The translations under genes were made by a program, and so were the position numbers. Shown here piece after piece: positions 57,851-64,000 of a stretch of DNA of 64,000 bases (positions are counted from its first letter, which is position 1; each line of letters begins with the position of its first letter). This DNA comes from an uncultured Chitinophagaceae bacterium. GTDB lineage: Bacteria > Bacteroidota > Bacteroidia > Chitinophagales > Chitinophagaceae. Under the pieces are notes generated by a model, which was not told the DNA's origin, searched no databases, and was given only the letters and a program-made list of their open reading frames with translations. The stretch covers positions 150,541 to 214,540 of the forward strand of contig CAMTVJ010000004.1 in assembly GCA_947085175.1 (NCBI GenBank). Direction: 5' to 3'.

Positions 57851-58678
57851 TTATTCGAAATGAATTTTTACTGTTTGATAAAACAAACGACTATTCATAT
57901 GATGGCTTTGTTGCTGTTGCTTTTCGGAGAAGCCTTGTAGTCCCAATAATCCGGCAGCGTTTCCTTTATTGATAGCAATTTCGAGATAGCCAGCTGAGTT
58001 GAATAAAGCCAGTTTTTCACCTTCATGAACATCGGCATAGGTTTCACTGATCTTTTCAATTACTTCATCTCTTTTAAAAATAATTTTAAAACTACGGCCT
58101 TTACGCTGTTCTTCAAATTCTTCTTTATGGATATTGACAATCACGTTTTCAAAATTGTCGATAAATATAATTTGCCCCTCAATTATGTTATTACTTACCA
58201 AAGGCCTGAGTGGATTTTTAACCTGAATGGAAATTTCAGGGTCCCCAACTTCTTCTAAAGTTTTGCCATTATTAATGGCATTGAATGCTTTTGCAAATAC
58301 TTCAGCAAAATAAGTGGCGTTTTTTGGAAAGCCCTCTTCTAGTTTAAGGGATATTACTTTTTGAGGAATCTCTTCCAATATCATTGTTAATAAACCATTA
58401 TCGGCACAGCCAATATAATGGCCATTATGCTCAACTAATAACAAATGTTCGGGTGGTTCATCAAATAGGTTAACCATTATTAAATGAAAGCTGCCTAAAG
58501 GAAAATGTTTAATAGCATTTCGGCAAACATAGGCTGCCTGCGGATAATTGAAGGGCGGAATTTGATGGGTAACATCTACTAATGTAAAATTTTCACTGTT
58601 TTGTAACAATGTACCTTTTATTGCAGCAACAAGAAAGTTTTGTTGGCCAATGTCGGATGTAAGCGTAAGTAATGGCAC
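57851..58678 (-). CDS. SAM hydrolase / SAM-dependent halogenase family protein (DUF62)
   Basis: 275 aa. The N-terminus 'LLTLTSDIGQQNFLVAAIKG' and overall pattern are typical of the S-adenosyl-L-methionine hydroxide adenosyltransferase family. GTG start. Confidence 0.75.
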   Translation of the reverse strand: MPLLTLTSDIGQQNFLVAAIKGTLLQNSENFTLVDVTHQIPPFNYPQAAYVCRNAIKHFPLGSFHLIMVNLFDEPPEHLLLVEHNGHYIGCADNGLLTMILEEIPQKVISLKLEEGFPKNATYFAEVFAKAFNAINNGKTLEEVGDPEISIQVKNPLRPLVSNNIIEGQIIFIDNFENVIVNIHKEEFEEQRKGRSFKIIFKRDEVIEKISETYADVHEGEKLALFNSAGYLEIAINKGNAAGLLGLQGFSEKQQQQSHHMNSRLFYQTVKIHFE

Positions 58679-58747
58679 GTTTAAAAGTACTTATTTAAAA
58701 TGAAAATTGAATTTGGATAAATTCGTCCTTTGTATTCTCTTTAAAAT

Positions 58748-59557
58748 CTAGCGTACTAGTTCACCATTTTTAAAAAAGAATTTATTTACTAGTTTATCAG
58801 CCAGCTTTGGAAAAAATTTATTCATAAATACGGTTCTCTTTCCGGTGAAAGTAAGTACAAGGGTTCTTTTCCTTTTTTCAATGGCGGTTATAATATGACG
58901 TGCACATTCATCAGAACTCATCATCTTGCCTTCATCCATTGGGCTTTCGCCCTGAGCCTGTCCTTTGTCATTTAAAGCAGCATTACGAATGTTGGATGCT
59001 GTAAATCCAGGGCAAACCCACATTACATTAACACCATCATGCAATAACTCTGTTCTTAATGCTTCTAAAAAGCCATTCATGGCAAATTTACTGGCCGAGT
59101 AACCACTTCGACCTGGTAAGCCCCTGAAGCCAGCAATAGAGGAAACCCCAACAATGGTACCTTTTCTTTGTATGATAGAGTCTAAAGCTAATTTAGTGCA
59201 ATAGAGGGTGCCATTAAAGTTTACATCCATTAGTTTTTCAATCACTTCAATGTCGGCATCTTTTAAAAGTGCCCTCATGGAAATGCCAGCATTATTAATT
59301 AGGATGTCTATTCCTCCAAAAACCTGGATGGTTGAGTTTATAAAATGTTTTGCATCATCCAATCTGCTGATATCTGCAACAACGGTATGCAAAGATTTGC
59401 CTGAATGCATCAGTTGGAGGTCGTACAATTTTTCTTGGTTTCGGGCACAAGTGGATACTTTGGCGCCACTTTGAATTAGAATATCTACTAATGCTTTACC
59501 TATTCCATCGCTGCCACCTGTAATGGCTACTACTTTGTTGTTGAAAAATGTTGTCAT
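58748..59557 (-). CDS. short-chain dehydrogenase/reductase (SDR)
   Basis: 269 aa with 'ITGGSDGIGKA', 'NNAG' and catalytic 'YSASK'. Confidence 0.88.
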   Translation of the reverse strand: MTTFFNNKVVAITGGSDGIGKALVDILIQSGAKVSTCARNQEKLYDLQLMHSGKSLHTVVADISRLDDAKHFINSTIQVFGGIDILINNAGISMRALLKDADIEVIEKLMDVNFNGTLYCTKLALDSIIQRKGTIVGVSSIAGFRGLPGRSGYSASKFAMNGFLEALRTELLHDGVNVMWVCPGFTASNIRNAALNDKGQAQGESPMDEGKMMSSDECARHIITAIEKRKRTLVLTFTGKRTVFMNKFFPKLADKLVNKFFFKNGELVR

Positions 59558-59612
59558 AATGAAGAGTTACAAAAATAGAGGGATTAATTGGGGAACACAA
59601 TTAATTATAAAT

Positions 59613-59638
59613 AAAAAACCCCCAATAAAGGGGGTTTT
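59613..59638 (-). terminator. rho-independent terminator after tRNA-Lys
   Basis: 'aaccccc-aataaa-gggggtt'. The minus-strand reading is followed by 'ttttttat'. Confidence 0.75.
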
Positions 59639-59639
59639 G

Positions 59640-59712
59640 TGAACTGGCAGGGACTCGAACCCTGGGCCCATACATTAAAAGTGTATTGCTCTACCAACTG
59701 AGCTACCAATTC
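59640..59712 (-). tRNA. tRNA-Lys (anticodon TTT)
   Basis: Folded by hand as a cloverleaf: acceptor GAATTGG/CCAGTTC, D-arm GCTC..GAGC, anticodon stem ATACA/TGTAT with loop CTTTTAA, T-arm CAGGG-TTCGAGT-CCCTG. Confidence 0.88.
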
Positions 59713-59780
59713 ATCCTTTTAAACTTAAAAGTAAAATTGAATACATAATATTCAATCTTGTCTTTTTAATTTTTGGATTG

Positions 59781-59788
59781 CAAAGATA
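59781..59788 (-). promoter_or_regulatory. putative -7 box TATCTTTG upstream of tRNA-Lys
   Basis: Reverse complement of 'caaagata', 69 nt upstream of the tRNA 5' end. Confidence 0.3.
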
Positions 59789-59863
59789 GGGATAATGAGT
59801 TAATAAATTCAATCATTAAAATGATTTTTTATAATTGAATTTGAAAAAGGGAAAATGATAAAA

Positions 59864-60859
59864 TTAAATGGCCAGTAAACTGCATCCTCTTATATCTGAA
59901 GAGTCCATCCGGCCAAGAATTTCAAAGTTTCCCGTATCATGCAATTTACCCAAATCGTCTGTGGCAATAAAAGCGCAACTGTAAATATTGGCAAGATCAA
60001 TAATATTAATCACGCCAGTAATTGGTTTATGTGTTACACTTTCTTCAGTTGTTATTTGAAAAGGGTCATCTTCGGATCTAATTAAAACTTTCATCCAGTT
60101 GGGACAATGAAAAATACCATCACCTTTTGAATAAGCTTGAGATAATAATTCTGTCATTCCATATTCGGAATGTACCAGGTTTATTCCTAGGTTTTTTTGT
60201 AATTCAAAATGAACTTCTTGCCTGGTCATTTCAACACGCCTGCCCTTCATTCCACCAGTTTCCATCACAATGGTATTTCTTAACTGCATCGGAAACTTTT
60301 CTGCAAAATCCAGTAAGGCATAAGTTACTCCAATAAGCAGGGTAGGTGTTTTTAATAATTCATTATGCATTATGGTGCGATGCAACTTTTCAAGATCATA
60401 CAAATAAAAGCCGCTTAAATCATTGTTGCTAGCCTTTATCAATTCTTCAGTCATCATTACCAAAGAAGAATTTTTCCTTTCAAGGTATGAAGGCAGTAAA
60501 CCCAGTATGCATTTGTTTTTTGGTTGGCCATAAAACTTTTCGAAACAAGTAGTAAAACTTTTCCGGTATAAAGAAACTGACTTGATATGATGTTTACTAT
60601 TTACTGTTTGTGTAGTGCCACTGCTTTCAAAAATAGTTTCAGCTTCAAACGCTGTTGTTTTTACAGTATGTGTTTTAAAAAATGAAATGGGTAGAAAAGG
60701 GATTTTAAGAATAGAGTCAACTTCTTCTGAATTGATGTGTAAAGAATTGCAATAACTATGGTATAATTCATTATTTGTATATTGGTATTGAAACAATTCA
60801 AGGGCTTGGGAGGCAAATGCTTCCTTTGATGCAGCGAATATCCGCTTATCGAGGTCCAT
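59864..60859 (-). CDS. LuxE/PaaK-like acyl-adenylate-forming enzyme (acyl-protein synthetase family)
   Basis: About 331 aa counted from ATG 60859 ('MDLDKRIF'); the track start 60886 is TTG. 'FESSGTTQ' resembles the adenylate-forming P-loop. The family assignment is from memory of Bacteroidota 'acyl transferase/LuxE' proteins. Confidence 0.6.
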   Translation of the reverse strand: MDLDKRIFAASKEAFASQALELFQYQYTNNELYHSYCNSLHINSEEVDSILKIPFLPISFFKTHTVKTTAFEAETIFESSGTTQTVNSKHHIKSVSLYRKSFTTCFEKFYGQPKNKCILGLLPSYLERKNSSLVMMTEELIKASNNDLSGFYLYDLEKLHRTIMHNELLKTPTLLIGVTYALLDFAEKFPMQLRNTIVMETGGMKGRRVEMTRQEVHFELQKNLGINLVHSEYGMTELLSQAYSKGDGIFHCPNWMKVLIRSEDDPFQITTEESVTHKPITGVINIIDLANIYSCAFIATDDLGKLHDTGNFEILGRMDSSDIRGCSLLAI

Positions 60860-60915
60860 ATTTTTAACGGGATGTTTCAACTTCAATCATTAAATTTGAT
60901 AAACAAAACACAAAG

Positions 60916-61377
60916 ATGCGATACACTTTACTATTATCACTGATTTTTTTACTATTTGCAGGTTGCAAAAAAGACAAATTTACAACAGCTCCGCAAATAA
61001 CTTATAAATCAATTAATCCCAATGCTGCAGTAAGCAATGTGAGTTGTAATTTTCAGGTTATTCCTACTTTAACAATTCATATTACTGATGCGGAAGGGGA
61101 TTTAGGTTTGATTGTTGGGAAAGACACTTCCCTGATTTATATCCGGAATTTACTTACTAATAAATTTGATTCTGTACGATTACCAGACATTCAAGCATCA
61201 GTTGGAAAAAATTTTAAAGCAGATATTGATATTAATCTATGTAATTTTTTAGGTGCCAGCACAAGGCCTAGACCCAAAACCGATACATTGTATTTTGAGA
61301 TTTATGTAAAAGATTTCGCTAAAAATAAAAGTAATGTCATCCGTACCACCGACCCGGTATTTTACATTACGCCATAA
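60916..61377 (+). CDS. hypothetical lipoprotein
   Basis: 153 aa with a lipobox 'LLFAGC'. No family recognised. Confidence 0.6.
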   Translation: MRYTLLLSLIFLLFAGCKKDKFTTAPQITYKSINPNAAVSNVSCNFQVIPTLTIHITDAEGDLGLIVGKDTSLIYIRNLLTNKFDSVRLPDIQASVGKNFKADIDINLCNFLGASTRPRPKTDTLYFEIYVKDFAKNKSNVIRTTDPVFYITP

Positions 61378-62207
61378 TGAAGTGGTTTCATTTCATCTTA
61401 TCACATTCACTTTTTATTGCCTTATGTGCAGTGGCGCTGGCATTCCAAACACATATTTTATTATCGATAGAAAGTAGTATTTACAATTATGGGTTTATTT
61501 TTTTTGCCACACTAAGTAGTTATAATTTTTATTGGCTTTTAAGTAAATATTCATTTTCACAAGCCCCCAATTTTATTTTATTTCTTAGGAAAGAATCATC
61601 TACAGTTATTGTAATGGTTTTAGCATTCTTGGGATTATTGTTTTGTTTGCAGGAGTCTACATTTTATATGCCTTATATAGTAACTGCCGCAATTCTTACC
61701 ATAATTTATACTGTTCCATTATTGCCTTTTTCTGTTTTGCATTTTAGCAGACGAGCGGGATTTTTAAAAACAATTTTATTATCATTAGCCTGGACCTATG
61801 TAACCGCATTTTTGCCCATGCAAAAAATTTATGTATTACTCAATGCTGCTGATTTGTTTATACTGTCACGCAGGTTTTTATTTATGATGGTGCTCTGTAT
61901 CATATTTGATAATAGGGATATCGCTATAGATAAAATAAGGGGTTTACATAGTTTGGCAACAGATCTAAAGCCTAACATACTCCGTTTGCTGATGTTTGCC
62001 ATTTTTGGAATATTGTTTATCAGCAATTTTTATACAGTACTATTTGGTTTCAGTTACAATCAATCCATAGCTTTGCAAGTAACTACCATTTCTTTGTTAG
62101 TAATTTATTTACTCTCTGCCAGAAAACGAGGCTACTTGTTTTATTACTTTATTGTAGATGGTATGATGATATTTTCGGCTTTAGCAACATACATAGCTAG
62201 TATTTAA
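61377..62207 (+). CDS. polytopic membrane protein of unknown function (contains a UbiA-like DxxDxxxD motif)
   Basis: 276 aa with about 8 TM segments and 'IIFDNRDIAIDK'. Its ATG overlaps the stop of the preceding gene (TAATG). Confidence 0.55.
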   Translation: MKWFHFILSHSLFIALCAVALAFQTHILLSIESSIYNYGFIFFATLSSYNFYWLLSKYSFSQAPNFILFLRKESSTVIVMVLAFLGLLFCLQESTFYMPYIVTAAILTIIYTVPLLPFSVLHFSRRAGFLKTILLSLAWTYVTAFLPMQKIYVLLNAADLFILSRRFLFMMVLCIIFDNRDIAIDKIRGLHSLATDLKPNILRLLMFAIFGILFISNFYTVLFGFSYNQSIALQVTTISLLVIYLLSARKRGYLFYYFIVDGMMIFSALATYIASI

Positions 62208-62235
62208 TTAGTTTTGCAGTTCTTAAATATAAATT

Positions 62236-63342
62236 ATGGCTAAAGCGAAAAAAGTGAAGAGTATCTTAAACGACCAATCTTACAGTTTTTTAGAAAAATA
62301 TATTAATACCGCTTCACCAACAGGTTTTGAAACCAGTGGCCAAAAAGTATGGCTAGAGTATTTAAAGCCTTATGTTGACACTCATTTTACAGATCCTTAC
62401 GGAACTGCAGTAGGAGTAATTAATCCAAGTGCAGCCTTTAAAGTAGTTATTGAAGCTCATGCCGATGAAATCAGTTGGTTTGTAAATTATATATCTCCCG
62501 AGGGCTTAATTTACCTAAAACGGAATGGAGGTGTTGATCACCAGATTGCTCCTTCCATGAGGGTGTTGATACATGGTAAAAAGGGAATTGTAAAAGCAGT
62601 ATTTGGGTGGCCAGCCATTCATACTCGTATAGCAAATACAGATTCGAAAGAAACACAACCAAAAGTGGATAATTTATTTTTGGATTGTGGAGCCCGTAAT
62701 AAAAAAGAAGTAGAAGCACTGGGAATTCATATTGGAGCTGTTGCAACTTATGCAGAAGGCTACGAAGAATTGGCACACGATTATATCATTGGCCGTGCTT
62801 TTGATAACCGAATAGGCGGTTTTATGATTGCTGAAGTGGCCAGGCTATTAAAAGAGAATAAGAAAAAACTACCTTTTGCTTTATACATTGTAAATGCAGT
62901 ACAGGAAGAAATTGGATTACGTGGCGCCGAAATGATTGCCCGAAGGATAAAACCTGATGTAGCCATCATTACTGATGTAACTCACGATACTACAACTCCA
63001 ATGATTAGTAAAATGATTGAAGGAGAATGCAGTTGTGGCAAAGGCCCATCTCTTACATTTGGACCAGCAGTGCATAATAAATTATTGGATCATATTCAGG
63101 CAGCTGCAGCAAAAAATAAAATTCCGGTTCAATACCATACTGTAAGCCGTAGCACAGGCACCGATACCGATGCTTTTGCTTATTCTAATGATGGTTGCCC
63201 ATCTGCTTTAATTTCTATTCCATTGCGCTATATGCATACCACCGTTGAGATGCTACATAAGTCGGATATAGAAAATACTATTAAGTTGATTTACGAATCG
63301 TTGTTAACCCTTACACCGAAAACCAAGCTGAGTTATTTTTAA
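62236..63342 (+). CDS. M42-family metallo-aminopeptidase (FrvX/PepA-like)
   Basis: 368 aa with 'EAHADEISW', 'RAFDNRIG' and 'VQEEIGLRGA', which are typical M42 metal-ligand motifs. Confidence 0.85.
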   Translation: MAKAKKVKSILNDQSYSFLEKYINTASPTGFETSGQKVWLEYLKPYVDTHFTDPYGTAVGVINPSAAFKVVIEAHADEISWFVNYISPEGLIYLKRNGGVDHQIAPSMRVLIHGKKGIVKAVFGWPAIHTRIANTDSKETQPKVDNLFLDCGARNKKEVEALGIHIGAVATYAEGYEELAHDYIIGRAFDNRIGGFMIAEVARLLKENKKKLPFALYIVNAVQEEIGLRGAEMIARRIKPDVAIITDVTHDTTTPMISKMIEGECSCGKGPSLTFGPAVHNKLLDHIQAAAAKNKIPVQYHTVSRSTGTDTDAFAYSNDGCPSALISIPLRYMHTTVEMLHKSDIENTIKLIYESLLTLTPKTKLSYF

Positions 63343-63354
63343 TTTAATTGAACA

Positions 63355-63819
63355 ATGGAGGATAAGTTTGTAAAATATTCGAAGCTATACGCACTCATAT
63401 TTTTATTGTTTTTGTCGATACCAGTTTTGTTGGCATTAATTGTATTCTCATTTTATGGGTTATCTAAGGTCATTTCCAATGGCCCGGTTGAAGTGGCTAT
63501 TGAACTGGGGATGATATCCTTGGGACCAGCCGTTTTTATAACCGCTTTTTTTATCTTTTTTAAAAGAACCAAAACGCATCCGGCAGCTACAGTGGCTTTT
63601 ATTTCAAAAATATTGTTTGTTATAGGTATTGTTATCAGTTTATTTGTTTTGATTAGGGATTTTTATACCTTTTTCAATCATCATAGTTTGGATATATCGG
63701 GTTATTACTGTTTTAGCTTAACCTATATGGCAGGCAATGTTGCTAGTTTATTTCTTATCGCCATTATACAGGCATTTACTACTAAAAAAGAAGTGGACTG
63801 GATGGACAGGAATAATTAA
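63355..63819 (+). CDS. hypothetical membrane protein
   Basis: 154 aa with 4 predicted TM helices. No family recognised. Confidence 0.5.
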   Translation: MEDKFVKYSKLYALIFLLFLSIPVLLALIVFSFYGLSKVISNGPVEVAIELGMISLGPAVFITAFFIFFKRTKTHPAATVAFISKILFVIGIVISLFVLIRDFYTFFNHHSLDISGYYCFSLTYMAGNVASLFLIAIIQAFTTKKEVDWMDRNN

Positions 63820-63837
63820 ATTATCATCTACATAAAA

Positions 63838-63870
63838 GAAAATCCCGCTGATTAATCAGCGGGATTTTTT
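63838..63870 (+). terminator. rho-independent terminator
   Basis: 'aaatcccgctgat-taa-tcagcgggattt' followed by 'tttt'. Confidence 0.8.
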
Positions 63871-64000
63871 CATTAACCCAAACCTGTGACCAGACAGGCC
63901 TGAAAAACTCAACAGAATGTGTTGAGATACTTAACTTATATTCAATACGAGTTGGTATAATAAAAGGTTGTCTTTACTTTAAACTAATGCAATATCCAAT

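Noticed and set aside
57851-58678. The DUF62 protein, considered as a possible fluorinase or chlorinase and therefore a marker of halogenated natural-product biosynthesis.
   Set aside because: No adjacent biosynthetic genes are present, and most members of this family are SAM hydrolases. The halogenase-specific residues cannot be judged without an alignment.
1-64000. Scanned for CRISPR arrays, transposases, integrases, phage genes, toxin-antitoxin pairs and recognisable defence systems.
   Set aside because: No regularly spaced repeats were found. No ORF has transposase, recombinase, restriction, Cas or abortive-infection motifs that I can recognise. The window is core chromosome plus a few accessory-looking metabolic clusters.

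Overview
AT-rich segment (about one-third GC by eye) that looks like a Bacteroidota chromosome, probably Sphingobacteriia or Chitinophagia-like; it cannot be placed more precisely without a search. Supporting this are the conserved miaB / receiver-less sigma-54 activator / lptE / secG block, a TamB homologue, a TonB-dependent receptor with a carboxypeptidase-regulatory-like N-terminus, a UpxY-type NusG paralogue, and repeated TAnnTTTG -7 boxes. I call about 58 intact protein genes, 2 tRNAs (Arg-ACG, Lys-TTT) and 2 apparent pseudogenes. There is no rRNA, CRISPR array, transposase, integrase or phage gene. Most of the window is housekeeping: Lpd, EtfAB, RibBA, IspE, TilS, RlmH, MltG, RocD and envelope biogenesis. 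The ORF track allows TTG/GTG starts, so I shortened several N-termini to internal ATGs and state where. The most interesting loci are listed below. (1) A translationally coupled four-gene operon of UbiA prenyltransferase, type III PKS, SAM methyltransferase and flavoprotein oxidoreductase sits next to a YceI isoprenoid-binding protein; it predicts a prenylated phenolic lipid or quinone. (2) A short G-run repeat is present twice, once in frame inside miaB and once in the etfB-etfA spacer. (3) An ATP-grasp plus YbdK-type carboxylate-amine ligase pair lies opposite an esterase. (4) An operon of M14 carboxypeptidase, LmbE-type deacetylase, a 34-codon micro-ORF and a Na+/solute symporter lies divergent from ggt and a DinB-fold gene. 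(5) A decayed VIT1/CCC1 gene carries compensating frameshifts. (6) A 130-codon open frame has a TGA at codon 4. All functional calls rest on motif recognition by eye; no database search was possible.
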